Positions 28,794 through 39,839 of a stretch of 64,000 nucleotides of DNA are shown here, piece by piece. A program made the translations under genes and the position numbers. This DNA comes from an uncultured Candidatus Saccharibacteria bacterium. Its GTDB lineage: Bacteria; Patescibacteriota; UBA1384; 2-12-FULL-50-11; DASWYB01. The stretch is taken from contig CAYJRF010000003.1 of assembly GCA_964372935.1 (NCBI GenBank), forward strand, positions 3,903-67,902. Reading direction: 5' to 3'. How positions within the stretch are numbered: position 1 is the stretch's first letter; each line of letters opens with the position of its first letter. Under the pieces are notes generated by a model. The model was not told where the DNA came from. It saw only the letters and a program-made list of their open reading frames with translations, and made no database searches.

Positions 28794-30473
28794 CTATACT
28801 AATCCTTCGCCGCCAGCAAGGGCTTCGCTATCTGGCAGTAGTACCGACCGGGCCGCCCGCTTAGGCCAAAGCCAAGTTAGTTCCGAGCGTTTCAAAAGTC
28901 GCGCCATACCAAGGTACGATCCCAGCCCCACCACGCCGGCGGCGACCAAGGCGATCGCTAATGGTACTATCCGGCTGGTGCCAAGACCGGCAACTGGCAA
29001 AAAAGCCCCGTCGCTCACTACCGACAAGGTAATCCGCGCGGCGAGAGCCGAAACAATCGCCAAGAGGGCTGTCGTTGCGATGGTCTCGCCCACGGACTTG
29101 AAAGACATGAGCCCGGGATATGCATAGCGGAAGACGACGGCCAAGACAACCGCTTCTAGGATGGCCCCAAAACTAAACCCGAGCGATAGCGAGGGGACGT
29201 CGGGTCGGAGCCGAGTAAAAAAAACTGCCGCTCCCACCGACACCAATCCGCCAAGGATCGCCACAAACATCGGTCGGCGCGTATCCTGCAGGGCGTAAAA
29301 GGCCCGAATCATAATAATCGAAAATCCTTGAACCGCGAGAGCCAGAATAAACCATGTGAAAGTGTCTATGGCGCGAATGGTGTCGCCCCACGTTTGATGA
29401 TTCAAAGCGAGGTACAGCCGGATAATGTGGGCTCGTACCACAAAAAGGATCGCGGTTGACGGGATCATAAAAAAGAACATACCTTTAAGGCTTTCCGTAA
29501 GAAGCTGGCGATACTGCTCGGTATTTCCTTCGCTCGAAGCTTTTCCCAACATAGGAAATACCGCCGTAGCAATTGACGCCGCAAAAACTGCCACCGGTGT
29601 CGTCTGAAAGTTATTCGTTAGAGTATATATTGATATAGCGCCGCTCGGCAGTCTAGACCCGATAGATGTAAATACTAATAGTATAAGCTGACTCATTCCG
29701 AGACTGATGGAGCGCGGCACCATTAGTCGAACAACTCGTCGGATACCGGCGTCTTTGGGCTGAAAGACAAAACTATAGCGATAACCCAGTTTCCGAACGG
29801 TCGGGATTTGGACCGAGGCGTGGAGAAAAGCGCCAATAACCACCGCCCAGGTAACGCCGTAAATACCCCAAATGGGTGTTAACAAACCGCCGATGATGAT
29901 TGAGACATTGTAAACTAACGGCGCGAGGGCGTAAGCAAAGAATTTTTTATTGGCGTTAAGCACTCCCCCCATGATGTACGAGACGGCAAAAAACAGGGGC
30001 GACAACAGCATCACCCGAGCCAAACTAGTCGTGAGGTCAATCGAGCCGACTAATTTTCCTGAAGCGATGGCGATTGGGGCGGCGTGGTGGAATCCCGGGA
30101 CAAAAACAGAGATCATCTGCGGCATAAGCCAGTAGAGCCCAACGCCCAAACCTGCGAGCAAAATCAGCGCCGATGTAATGAGATTGTTCGTCAGATGCCA
30201 CGCCGTCGAACTGTCGGTACTGGTTTTAAGGTCTAAAAATACCGGAATAAACGCCGAACTAATCGCCCCTAGAATGAAGAGATTAAACAGAAAATCGGGG
30301 ACTCGAAAAGCGGTGTAGTAGGTATCGAGCACCGCCAACGGGACCGTGTTCGCTAAAATAAGATCGCGCAAGAATCCCAAGACGTTACTCAACAACATTG
30401 TCACCACGAGCAAAGAGGCGGCGCTTTGCAAATCTTGCTCGCGATGCCACAGTTGTTTGATTCGCGAAACCAT
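28794..30473 (-). CDS. murJ: lipid II flippase MurJ
   Basis: 559 aa, about 14 TM helices; MurJ-like N-terminal region SAASLLVVTMLLSNVLGFLRDLILA. Confidence 0.82.
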   Translation of the reverse strand: MVSRIKQLWHREQDLQSAASLLVVTMLLSNVLGFLRDLILANTVPLAVLDTYYTAFRVPDFLFNLFILGAISSAFIPVFLDLKTSTDSSTAWHLTNNLITSALILLAGLGVGLYWLMPQMISVFVPGFHHAAPIAIASGKLVGSIDLTTSLARVMLLSPLFFAVSYIMGGVLNANKKFFAYALAPLVYNVSIIIGGLLTPIWGIYGVTWAVVIGAFLHASVQIPTVRKLGYRYSFVFQPKDAGIRRVVRLMVPRSISLGMSQLILLVFTSIGSRLPSGAISIYTLTNNFQTTPVAVFAASIATAVFPMLGKASSEGNTEQYRQLLTESLKGMFFFMIPSTAILFVVRAHIIRLYLALNHQTWGDTIRAIDTFTWFILALAVQGFSIIMIRAFYALQDTRRPMFVAILGGLVSVGAAVFFTRLRPDVPSLSLGFSFGAILEAVVLAVVFRYAYPGLMSFKSVGETIATTALLAIVSALAARITLSVVSDGAFLPVAGLGTSRIVPLAIALVAAGVVGLGSYLGMARLLKRSELTWLWPKRAARSVLLPDSEALAGGEGLV

Positions 30474-30521
30474 ATGGCCTTATAGTAACTTAGAATAACG
30501 GGCGCGAACAGCGCCTAACGG

Positions 30522-32435
30522 TTAGGCCGTGGCCGGTTTGGCGCCGCCCAAAACACGCCCGCGCTTAGGGACGCTTTTACCTTTCGGCGGCAATTTATCG
30601 CTTGGCGGTAATTTATCGCCTTGTTCACCAAAGAGAGCGTTAAAATCATCGCCCTCAATCGTTTCGACTTTCAGGAGCATCTCGGCAACTTTTTCCAAAA
30701 GTTTTCGGTGGTCAACCAGCAAATCACGAGCGCGCTTTCTTTGGGCCTCAATAATCTCGCGCACCGTTTCGTCAATCATCTGGGCCTGATTTTCGGAGTA
30801 GTTTCGCCACTCCGGACCACGACCTAAAAGACTATCCTGTCGTTCACCAAAAGATATCGGCCCGAGTCGACTCATGCCATATACTTTCACCATGTCTTGA
30901 GCGATGCGAGTCGCCCGCTCAAAGTCGCTCGACGCGCCAGTGGTAACTTCGCTAAAGACCAGCTCCTCTGCTTCCCGACCAGCAAGTAGCTGAGCGATCT
31001 CGTCTTCAAAATGACCCCGCGAGTGCATCCGCCTGTCCTCCGTTGGAAGACTCCAGGTGTAACCTAACGCCATCCCCCGCGATACGAGGGAAATTTTATG
31101 AATCGGATCACCTTTGGGAACAAGTTTTCCCACAATGGCGTGCCCGGCTTCGTGATAGGCGGCCACGCGTCGTTCGGCGGCATTCATCAGGTGGGACTTA
31201 CGCTCCGGTCCGATCATGACCTTCTCGATTGCCAGAGAAAAATATGGTTGGGAGATTATTTTTTTATCATCTCGGGCGGCGAGAATCGCCGCTTCGTTGA
31301 CGATGTTCTTCAAGTCGGATCCCGAGGCGCCGGGTGTTTGGCGGCTGATTATTGCCAAATCAACATCTTTAACCACCGGCTTATTGCGCAAATGAACTTT
31401 GAGTATATCCTCGCGTTCCTGTCTGTCGGGTAGGTCAAGAACAACCTTTCGGTCGAACCGACCGGGGCGCAGAAGCGCCGGATCGAGGACGTCGGGTCTA
31501 TTGGTGGCGGCTAAAACGATTACCCGTCCGTCGGTTTCGAACCCGTCCATCTCGACCAAAATCTGGTTGAGAGTTTGTTCGCGTTCGTCGTGCGACCCAC
31601 CCATGCCAACGCCGCGTTGCCGACCAATGGCGTCGAGTTCATCAATAAATATCACCACCGGGGCAATTTTTTTCGCTTTAGCAAAAAGGTCACGGACGCG
31701 CGCCGCCCCCACTCCCACGAACATTTCGACAAACTCACTCGCCGAGAGGGAAAAAAACGGCACCCCAGCTTCTCCGGCTACGGCTTTTGCCAACAAAGTC
31801 TTGCCCACTCCGGCTGGACCCACGAGCAAGACGCCTTTGGGTATTTCCGCGCCAAGTTTACGAAATTTTTCAGGATGTTTAAGGAATTCCACCACTTCCC
31901 GAAGTTCCTGTTTGGCATTAACCAAACCGGCCACGTCGCTAAAGGTTACTTTTTTATCGCCCGTTACCATGCGAGCGGTAGTTTTTGCGAACGACATCGC
32001 TTTAAGATTTCCGCCTTGAGCATTGCGGTACATAAAATAGACCAGTCCGCCGATCAGTAATATGGGCAGGATGACTTGAATTAGCTCCAGCCAAAACATC
32101 GTAGCGGTGTTATTCTTGACCGAAAGATTAATTATGTCCGGAGTAAACCCGTAATCGGTAACGCTAACGCCCGGTTCCTTGTCGGCTTTGAGAAAACGGC
32201 CGTCTTTGAGTTTGGCTTCAACTATATTGCCGTTGACGGTAATTTTTTCGACTTTCTCGCCTTTTATCTCTTCGGTAATCCGTGAGATCGGCACCGTCTC
32301 AACCTGTGAACGATTGGGATTGCCGAACGTCGTGTATATGACCGCCGCTAGAAAGATAATTCCAAATAAATAGAGTAAATTCTTCATGTGATCTTCGTTA
32401 ATTATGCAATCCCACTCTATCACAGACCACCCCAA
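30522..32435 (-). CDS. ftsH: ATP-dependent zinc metalloprotease FtsH
   Basis: 637 aa; Walker A GPAGVGKT, second-region-of-homology, zinc motif HEAGHA. Confidence 0.95.
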   Translation of the reverse strand: MGWSVIEWDCIINEDHMKNLLYLFGIIFLAAVIYTTFGNPNRSQVETVPISRITEEIKGEKVEKITVNGNIVEAKLKDGRFLKADKEPGVSVTDYGFTPDIINLSVKNNTATMFWLELIQVILPILLIGGLVYFMYRNAQGGNLKAMSFAKTTARMVTGDKKVTFSDVAGLVNAKQELREVVEFLKHPEKFRKLGAEIPKGVLLVGPAGVGKTLLAKAVAGEAGVPFFSLSASEFVEMFVGVGAARVRDLFAKAKKIAPVVIFIDELDAIGRQRGVGMGGSHDEREQTLNQILVEMDGFETDGRVIVLAATNRPDVLDPALLRPGRFDRKVVLDLPDRQEREDILKVHLRNKPVVKDVDLAIISRQTPGASGSDLKNIVNEAAILAARDDKKIISQPYFSLAIEKVMIGPERKSHLMNAAERRVAAYHEAGHAIVGKLVPKGDPIHKISLVSRGMALGYTWSLPTEDRRMHSRGHFEDEIAQLLAGREAEELVFSEVTTGASSDFERATRIAQDMVKVYGMSRLGPISFGERQDSLLGRGPEWRNYSENQAQMIDETVREIIEAQRKRARDLLVDHRKLLEKVAEMLLKVETIEGDDFNALFGEQGDKLPPSDKLPPKGKSVPKRGRVLGGAKPATA

Positions 32436-32497
32436 AAGTCACTCGTGGACTGTTCCGACGCCTTGACTCAACGACACAAGTTATCGTACAATGGGCG

Positions 32498-32574
<77 letters not shown>

Positions 32575-32712
32575 AACCGTTGTTGAGCGGTTTTTTGATG
32601 CCCAAAATTATCGCGCCGATTCGCCAAATCAAACACTTTGGGCTAAAATAACGGGTGAAAGTTGATGGCGCGATTGTTACGAATTTAAGCAAACGTCGGA
32701 GATAAATAACGT

Positions 32713-32787
32713 GGCTGCGTAGCTCAGCGGTAGAGCAGCGGACTCATAAGCCGTCGGTCGCAGGTTCAAATCCTGCCGCAGCCACCA
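32713..32787 (+). tRNA. tRNA with CAU anticodon (elongator Met or lysidine-type Ile2; cannot tell from sequence)
   Basis: Acceptor ggctgcg/cgcagcc + A + CCA; anticodon loop ctcataa; T-arm gcaggttcaaatcctgc. Confidence 0.78.
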
Positions 32788-32918
32788 CACAGAACTTAAC
32801 GTCTTTTTCAAAGCCAGAAGGTACTACGCGCGAAGCGCGTGGTGGTTTTGACTTAAATCATGCGCTTGGACAATCGCCCCGCCTCCGCTTTGGTGCAGTT
32901 CGTTTGAAAAAAATTCAA

Positions 32919-33920
32919 CTATTGTTTGTTTTTTAAATTTTCTCCGCTTGCTTCGGCGTCCACTTCGTAATTTGTATTTTGCTGTTCAAAAAAATTTACC
33001 AGTTCAAACACATCAGTGGCGGCACCCATCCATTTCGCTGGGTTGGTTACATTATAGTGTTTTGGCAATCCAAGTTCTCCTAGTCGGCGATCAGCGACAT
33101 ACTGTACGTATTGGTTTACATAATCCACGTTGAGGCCGAGTATTCCTGTCGGAAAAAGATCTTTGTTATAAGCCACTTCTTTATCGACACCCTCAATAAC
33201 AATAGCGCCTATCTCATTGGCAAAATCTTTGGTAAGAAGTTCCGAATTTTCTTCCAACGCCGTATGAATAAGATGGATGCCAAATTTAAGGTGCAAACTC
33301 TCGTCTCGCAGCACCCAATTTATCATCGAGCCGAAGTTGCGCAACTGGTTTCTTTGCCTGAACGATAGGGCGACCATAAAGCCACTGTAGAACCATAAAC
33401 CCTCCATAACAATATTTGTCGCGACAAGATTACGGATGAAATCTTTTTTCCCCTCAACTGATTCAATATCCAAGGCCTTATCAGTCATGCGCTTTAAATA
33501 CTTCACGACATAATCCTCTTTCGCACTCATTGACGGAGTTTCTAAATGCAAATTGAATATTTTATTCCGATCAAATGAAAATGTTTGCAGGACATATTCA
33601 AATGCGACACAGTGATTTGCCTCTTCAAACATCTGTTTCGCAAGGTAGAGATGACATTCAGGAGATTTGAGATACGGGTATATGCCAAGAGCGATTGATC
33701 GGTTGACAATCAGCTCAGCCGGATTAAAAAAAGCCATGAGAAACTTGACCGCATGGCGTTCGTCCTCGGTCATATTTTTCCAGTCCTCAAGGTCTTCCTT
33801 TAGAGCTATCTCGTGCGGAAACCAAGTGTTGCGCACGGCTTGATTATAAAGATCGTACGCCCAAGCGTAGTGTATTGGGTGTAAGTTCATGTCTTCCGGT
33901 GAGGCTTTTCCGAGGATCAT
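32919..33920 (-). CDS. nrdB: ribonucleoside-diphosphate reductase beta subunit (class Ia R2)
   Basis: 333 aa; di-iron/tyrosyl radical motifs (EEANHCVAFEY, MEGLWFYSGF); AT-rich gene. Confidence 0.9.
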   Translation of the reverse strand: MILGKASPEDMNLHPIHYAWAYDLYNQAVRNTWFPHEIALKEDLEDWKNMTEDERHAVKFLMAFFNPAELIVNRSIALGIYPYLKSPECHLYLAKQMFEEANHCVAFEYVLQTFSFDRNKIFNLHLETPSMSAKEDYVVKYLKRMTDKALDIESVEGKKDFIRNLVATNIVMEGLWFYSGFMVALSFRQRNQLRNFGSMINWVLRDESLHLKFGIHLIHTALEENSELLTKDFANEIGAIVIEGVDKEVAYNKDLFPTGILGLNVDYVNQYVQYVADRRLGELGLPKHYNVTNPAKWMGAATDVFELVNFFEQQNTNYEVDAEASGENLKNKQ

Positions 33921-33955
33921 AGTTTTTTGAATTATTTATTTGATAATTACTGGTA

Positions 33956-36418
33956 TCACTGGCAACTGTCGCATGCTAATCTTTCTTGCGGATCAATTGG
34001 ACAAACTTTTTCGATAGGAACTTGCAGTGTAACTTCCTCTGTTTGCTCGAATGCTTTTGCGAATCCGACCTTGCCCAGTTTCTCTGATTTGTTGACCGCA
34101 ACTGTACTCTGCTCAGCGGTGTGCCGGGGCTTCATGTGGAGATAGTATGTTGTTTTGACACCTTTTCTCCATGTCGAAGCATAAATATCCATTGCTTCGT
34201 CCACGTCTCTTGTTGCAAGATACATATTTCTTGAAAGAGCTTGATCAACCCACTTTTGGGCTCGCGCCGCAACTTCAACGTATGCAAGTGGCGGAATCGT
34301 AAAGGATGTTTTATACACGTCTCGGATATGTTGAGGTATATCAGAGATCGATGAGATATCTCCTTGAAGTTCAATAATCTTGTCTCGGACTCGTTCCCAC
34401 AAGTTGAGATTTTTGAGTTCGGTAACAAGATTGTGGTTAATATCAAGGTACTTACCTGAAATCTTGTTGCGTGAGAATACTTGGGCGAATCTCGGATCAA
34501 TTCCCGGTGTCGTGCCAGCAACCAGTCCAATGTTTGCGTTCGGTGCAACAGCAAGGAGAGTGGCGTTTCTCATTCCTTTTTTTACTTTTGCGCGCAGAGC
34601 ATCCCAGCCAAGCCCTTTGTGCTTACTTTTCTTATCAAGATCAAGCGTCATACCCCTGTCTTTTTCAAGCTCTTCAATCGTATCAATAGGCACTTTGCCC
34701 TTAGACCATCCCGAACCCTTGAAATGCTTGTAACTTCTGCGTTCCGTTGCTAGATTAGCGCTTTCATCAATTGCGATGAAACTTACGAATTCAAAAATTC
34801 CATCGGCAAAATCATTCGCGTGAGGACTGTCGTAAGGAATACCAAGCTGTTCAATCGTATCGGAAAAACCCATTACACCGAGACCAATAGCCCTGTTTTC
34901 TTTGTCTGACTTCACCGCCTCGGGGACAGGCAGTTCATTGATGTCAATAAGATTGTCGAGCTGGCGCACCGCGTAGCGCACGCTTTTTTCAAGTTTCTGC
35001 CAATCTACCTGCTTTTTTTTGAGGTGCGCGGCAAGGTTGATTGACGCGAGATTACATACGGCAATATTGTCCTTGTCTTGTGGTAAACATATTTCGGTGC
35101 AAAGATTCGACATGTGGATTGTGCCAGTGTTGCTATGAAGGGTACGCAGATTGATCGGGTCTTTCCACGTAAGCCATGGATGGGACGTTGTTTGGAGCGA
35201 AACGAGAATCTGTCTATATTGTTCTCTCGCCGGGACTTTATTGAATACTCTTATTTTTCCGGTCTCGGCCTTATCAATATATTCGGCATATCTTTTTGAA
35301 AATACTTTGCCGTAGAGTTCGTTAAGGTCTGGCGTTTCTTTTGGATCGAACATATACCAATCACCGCCATTTTCTACTCGCTTCATAAATTCGTCCGATA
35401 AAAATACGGCGGTGTTTGCTGTTCTCATGCGAAGGTAGTCATCGCCCGCGTTGTGTTTCCAATCAAGAAATTCCGGAAAGTCGATGTGCCAATTTTCCAT
35501 GTAGAAGCAGAGTGCGCCCTTCTTCTTCCCGCCCCGTTGAATGGCGCGAATGGCGGTATCAATAATTTTGGCAAAAGGAGTCGGCCCGCTTGATGTCGTG
35601 TTATCTGAAGAGAGAGGCGAGCCAGTAGCGCGCAGTTTGGTGATGGACGCCCCAATACCGCCGGATGCTTTGGAAAGTTTCATGACATCCGTAATTGATT
35701 TTGCGATATGATTTATATCATCGTGAATCTCAAGGAGAAAACAGTTAGAAAGAGCGGGTCGAGGTGTTCCCGCATGAATATTGGTTGACCCGCCGGCGAT
35801 GTATTCATGGCGCGACATTTTGTCGTAAAAACGGATTGCCCATTCCGTTGGATCTTTCTCATTGTATGAAAGCCCCATTGCAACGCGCATAAAAAAATAT
35901 TGAGGCACTTCAGCAGGGTTTTGGTTTTTATCCTTGATAGTGTAGCGATTAAGGAGAGTTGAAAGACCCGCGTAAACAAACAGTTCGTCCCGATTAATAT
36001 CAAGCGCGCCCGCAAGGCAAGAGAGATCAAACACTTTCTCCATACGAGCGTCGAGAATACCGTCTTTCACTCCATTTTTAACATAACGAACAAATCCTTC
36101 GTGATGAAGTTCTATTAATTCATTGGCGTTTTCATAATCGCCAACGACTCGTTTATAGATAGTTTTGAGTAAAATTCGTGTTGCGATTTTGTCGTATTCA
36201 GGATCATCTTTTATATTCTGTACTGCCGCATTTATTGTCGCTAAATCGAGCTCTTCCGTAGTGATACCATCGTACAAAATTATCTGCGTATCCGTTCCCA
36301 CTTGAGTGACTTTACTTATCGGATCGCTTAATCCCATGCTTGCCCGCTCAATGGATCGGTTGATTCGATCTGCGTTAAAAGGTTCTTTGGAGCCGTCTCG
36401 TTTTGTTATGTTGATCAT
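33956..36418 (-). CDS. nrdA: ribonucleoside-diphosphate reductase alpha subunit (class I, with ATP-cone)
   Basis: ORF is open to 36463 (TTG), but the Met at 36418 (MINITKRDGSKEPF, ATP-cone start) follows a GAGG SD; catalytic region includes NLCTEI and C-terminal CxxC; AT-rich. Confidence 0.9.
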   Translation of the reverse strand: MINITKRDGSKEPFNADRINRSIERASMGLSDPISKVTQVGTDTQIILYDGITTEELDLATINAAVQNIKDDPEYDKIATRILLKTIYKRVVGDYENANELIELHHEGFVRYVKNGVKDGILDARMEKVFDLSCLAGALDINRDELFVYAGLSTLLNRYTIKDKNQNPAEVPQYFFMRVAMGLSYNEKDPTEWAIRFYDKMSRHEYIAGGSTNIHAGTPRPALSNCFLLEIHDDINHIAKSITDVMKLSKASGGIGASITKLRATGSPLSSDNTTSSGPTPFAKIIDTAIRAIQRGGKKKGALCFYMENWHIDFPEFLDWKHNAGDDYLRMRTANTAVFLSDEFMKRVENGGDWYMFDPKETPDLNELYGKVFSKRYAEYIDKAETGKIRVFNKVPAREQYRQILVSLQTTSHPWLTWKDPINLRTLHSNTGTIHMSNLCTEICLPQDKDNIAVCNLASINLAAHLKKKQVDWQKLEKSVRYAVRQLDNLIDINELPVPEAVKSDKENRAIGLGVMGFSDTIEQLGIPYDSPHANDFADGIFEFVSFIAIDESANLATERRSYKHFKGSGWSKGKVPIDTIEELEKDRGMTLDLDKKSKHKGLGWDALRAKVKKGMRNATLLAVAPNANIGLVAGTTPGIDPRFAQVFSRNKISGKYLDINHNLVTELKNLNLWERVRDKIIELQGDISSISDIPQHIRDVYKTSFTIPPLAYVEVAARAQKWVDQALSRNMYLATRDVDEAMDIYASTWRKGVKTTYYLHMKPRHTAEQSTVAVNKSEKLGKVGFAKAFEQTEEVTLQVPIEKVCPIDPQERLACDSCQ

Positions 36419-36442
36419 GTTGTGCCTCACTTGATTAATAAA

Positions 36443-36466
36443 AACACTTGCACTACGCGCCAAGTG
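36443..36466. promoter_or_regulatory. palindrome ACACTTG-n10-CAAGTGT in the nrdA 5' leader, just upstream of the SD
   Basis: Read directly; ACAC...GTGT ends recall NrdR-box half-sites but spacing differs from the 16-bp consensus. Confidence 0.3.
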
Positions 36467-36814
36467 TTCTCATATTCCTTCACAGCTTAAGTGAGGCGAC
36501 TTGACGCGAGCCAGAGAAGGTGCCCGAGGGCACTAATATGAGGGGTCGGACTTATCCGCTTGATTAGCGAAATTACCGTTACGCGATAGCGAGGGAATTA
36601 CACCCTGCTTCACCTCATATCTTCTTTTTTTAAGTTGTACAGTATCAATATAGCACAAATAAATTATTTCCAATATTTTAGTGTAAAAATCAAAAGAGCA
36701 AGAAACTTTTTTGGGGTGGTGCCGAGCGAGGCGGTGGCGTGGCGATGGTTCGTGCATGGTACAAAAAAACAGTCCCATTCAACCAATTGGTTAAATGGTG
36801 TCGTAAGGATCAAT

Positions 36815-37222
36815 TTACCGTGGGCCGAAAAAGAGGCGCCACCACGCAAGATAGGGAGGAAGACCGGCGGAAGATTGGGGCTGGGCCGAGGCGTCAGCCA
36901 CTCCAAGGGTAGCGGCCGTGTTTGCTTGCGGTAGAGCGACCACGTGCTCATCTTTACCTTTAACTCCCAGCAACCGCCGCGCCTCAATTTCTTTATAGGA
37001 ATTACTGCGGTAGTACACCAGCGCCAGTTTGAGCAAGATGTTGCGTTGTTCGAGAGTTTTAATGTGATCTTTTTGAGTGTTGATTTCCCGATTCATCCGA
37101 TAATTTTGGGCCGTGCTCGTAACGACTAAAAACAGCCCGTAGCCGATGACGACAAGCCAAATTAAACTTTTGGTTAAAGACAGGGGAGTGGACAATCGGT
37201 TGGATGACGTCTCGGGAGCCAT
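36815..37222 (-). CDS. FtsB/DivIC-like septum formation initiator
   Basis: 135 aa; single N-terminal TM then coiled-coil (REINTQKDHIKTLEQRNILLKL...) and a short conserved C-terminal part. Confidence 0.5.
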   Translation of the reverse strand: MAPETSSNRLSTPLSLTKSLIWLVVIGYGLFLVVTSTAQNYRMNREINTQKDHIKTLEQRNILLKLALVYYRSNSYKEIEARRLLGVKGKDEHVVALPQANTAATLGVADASAQPQSSAGLPPYLAWWRLFFGPR

Positions 37223-37297
37223 AGCTCAATACTATCACACGCGAAAATCCCGCCAATTTTGACGGGATTTCGCGGCGACGATAGGGGATAGGGGAGT

Positions 37298-39508
37298 CTA
37301 CCAGCGCGCCTTGCGTTTGGGACGACGCCCACCTCGGCCACCGGGGCGGCGGCCGCGAGGCGGACTGGCGGGTTTTGACTCTGCCGGGGCTACCGATTTT
37401 GACGGTTCGGGCGTCGCCTTGGACGATGCTGCCGGCCCGCTACCCCCAGATCCGTTCTTATCCCCTCCTCTAGCGTCGCCCTGATACCAAGAGTAGGCCG
37501 CCAAACCGGTGCCGGCCAAGATCAGAAAAACGGCGATGGCAATAATCACCTTGGACCGATCCGGCACGGCGCCGGCTTCATCCGATGGCGTTGGGCTGGC
37601 TTGAAGATTCTCTTGAGAGTCGGGGATGCCGTTACCGTTTTTGTCCTCCTCCGGGCTAAGAGTACTGCCGCCGCCGTCTTTTTCGCCCGTTACCGCCATG
37701 GCTTGCGCCAAGATAAGCCGCTCCTTTTGGGCGGTTGGCATTTCGCGAGCGACGCTGGCCAAGACGATTGCTCGGGTCATGCCCCGCAGAGTGGTAATGC
37801 CGCTTTGGTTGCACGCGCCGTCAATCGCCGCGACGGCAAACTCGTATTCCACGCCGTTTGACACTTTAATATCGTGGCGACGGCCAGACGTGATGACCTC
37901 ACTCCACGGTTCGGTCCCGACTTGTCGCCAGCGCAAACGGTACTCGCTGGCGTCGCCAACCGCGTCCCAGTGAGGGGTGATCACGCCGCCGCTCGATTTC
38001 AACTGGAGATTTGGGGCGGCCGGAGCGAAGATGTCGTTGTCGATTGCGATAGTTTCGGTGTTGCCGGTGATGTCTTTCGCCACAAGATAAAGGCGGGAAA
38101 AACGGTTATCGCCGATAAATATCTCGTCGGTTCGGCCGTTGGTCGCCGGGGCGATTGCCACCAGATCGGTCAGGCTAAGCCCGGGATCGCGGTAAATAAA
38201 CACTTGGACCACGTCGGCGACGGCCGAGAGCGTGAACGAGTCTTGGTTCGGCGAGCACCGGCTGGTTACTGTGGCGGTTATCGGGCCGATTTTGGTGTCG
38301 ACGGTAAAACTCTGCTGGGCGATGGTGATTCCGTCCGCCAAAAGAGTAACCGTGACAGTGCCGTCTTGGGGACTGTTAGCTTTGACAACCGAAAACGGCG
38401 TCGCCGTTGTCCAGGTAACGCCGTCGGCCGCCAGGACCAAGGGAATAGTTTCGGCCGGCGTTGCTGGCCGTTCAAAAACCAGCGCCAGGTCGTAACCATT
38501 CAGGGCGTCGGCCGGCGTGGTGGTGACACTGGCGTTAACCGCGCCGATCCCAAAATTGGTGGCAACATCTTGGTCCTTAAAGACCATCGTCACCCCGATA
38601 GTGCCAAAAATAGTCGTCGGGGCTTTAGGAACGGCGGTTCGAGTAACGGTTTGGCTGACGCCGGACTCGTTTTTGGCCGTTAGTTTGACAGTGTAGCTCA
38701 CGCCATTAACCAAACCGGCGCTAAATGGCTGGCTGTAGCTGGCCGATCCAGCCAGAATATCGCTGACGGCGGTAACAACGCTGTCCGGGCTGGTGGTGTG
38801 GAGACTTAAATCGTAGGCGGTGGCGGCGGCGGCGGCTATCCACTCCGCCGTAATGGTCTTGTCGCCGGCGGTCAAGGTTAAAGCGGGGTCGGACGGCCGA
38901 CGGCGGGTGGGAGTGGGCGAGGCCGTAACGCTAAAATCGGCGGCGTTATTGTTGGTGTCGGTATGTAAGGCCGAACGAGTTAAGCTTTCTCCGGCCAGCA
39001 GTCCCCCGCCGACGTTCACGGCGCCGGTGGCGTCCGGCTCGCCCGCCGGAGCGACGTCGCCTGTCTTGACGTAGCCGACGGTATCAATTACCGCGCTGGC
39101 GGCGTCACGCAAGATTACGGCGTTGTTGCTGTTGACGAGCGAAATGGTGGCGACGACATCGCCGGGCACGGCCCCGGTGTAGCCGGAACCGACGACCAGA
39201 TAGTAGTCGCGGCTAAGAATGACGGTTCCGTCGGGAAAGGTGATGATATTATTAGTCGTTCCACCGCTCGTCAGCCGCTCCAATTTCCACCCGGCCAAAG
39301 CCACGCTGTCCGGCCCGGGATTGTACAGCTCGATAAATTCGTCGCTGATGGTGGCGCCTCGGGCTTGAATCTCGTTGAGAACTACCCCTGTGCCGCTGGT
39401 GTCGGCAAGAACTTTTGGCGGCGCGACCGCCCCTAATGGCGCTACCACCAAACAAAACAGACTGACACAGGCCAAAAACCGTCTCAAACTAGGCCGCAGA
39501 TCAACCAT
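37298..39508 (-). CDS. large surface protein: signal peptide, lamin-tail domain, FN3-like repeats, C-terminal TM anchor and Arg/Lys-rich tail
   Basis: 736 aa; LTD signature VVLNEIQARGATISDEFIELYNPGPDSVALAGWKL; FN3-like segments; C-terminus ...IAIAVFLILAGTGLAAYSWY...RGRRPGGRGGRRPKRKARW. Confidence 0.68.
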   Translation of the reverse strand: MVDLRPSLRRFLACVSLFCLVVAPLGAVAPPKVLADTSGTGVVLNEIQARGATISDEFIELYNPGPDSVALAGWKLERLTSGGTTNNIITFPDGTVILSRDYYLVVGSGYTGAVPGDVVATISLVNSNNAVILRDAASAVIDTVGYVKTGDVAPAGEPDATGAVNVGGGLLAGESLTRSALHTDTNNNAADFSVTASPTPTRRRPSDPALTLTAGDKTITAEWIAAAAATAYDLSLHTTSPDSVVTAVSDILAGSASYSQPFSAGLVNGVSYTVKLTAKNESGVSQTVTRTAVPKAPTTIFGTIGVTMVFKDQDVATNFGIGAVNASVTTTPADALNGYDLALVFERPATPAETIPLVLAADGVTWTTATPFSVVKANSPQDGTVTVTLLADGITIAQQSFTVDTKIGPITATVTSRCSPNQDSFTLSAVADVVQVFIYRDPGLSLTDLVAIAPATNGRTDEIFIGDNRFSRLYLVAKDITGNTETIAIDNDIFAPAAPNLQLKSSGGVITPHWDAVGDASEYRLRWRQVGTEPWSEVITSGRRHDIKVSNGVEYEFAVAAIDGACNQSGITTLRGMTRAIVLASVAREMPTAQKERLILAQAMAVTGEKDGGGSTLSPEEDKNGNGIPDSQENLQASPTPSDEAGAVPDRSKVIIAIAVFLILAGTGLAAYSWYQGDARGGDKNGSGGSGPAASSKATPEPSKSVAPAESKPASPPRGRRPGGRGGRRPKRKARW

Positions 39509-39839
39509 AACAGACCTCCAGAGTTTACTATTGATTCAGTTTTGCTTGACTTTACGCGTCGACTGCGGCCAAGTTGCGTTCTGGCCTCGCCGGTCCCTCC
39601 TATAAAAACCAAGGCGACGGCGGCGGTTGATGCCGCCAGCCGTATCTTCACGAAAAACTGTTACCATAGCCCTGGGGTGCGACGCTTCCTTCAAGTCGTA
39701 CCCGAACAAGCCATAGTGCTAACCAGAACCTAGCAAACACCGCGTAGGGTTGTCAAGAGACGCGGCGGCGGCAAAGTATCGTCCACTAGAACAATGAAGC
39801 CCTGGCAAGGCTTGAGAAGTTACTCCCCAGGTTTAATTT

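Noticed and set aside
36533-36778. 81-aa ORF in the nrdA leader
   Set aside because: AT-rich leader region; no SD or motif; more likely regulatory non-coding sequence.
37874-38683. 269-aa plus-strand ORF
   Set aside because: Antisense within the LTD/FN3 surface-protein gene; Gly/Arg-rich translation typical of a GC-rich shadow frame.
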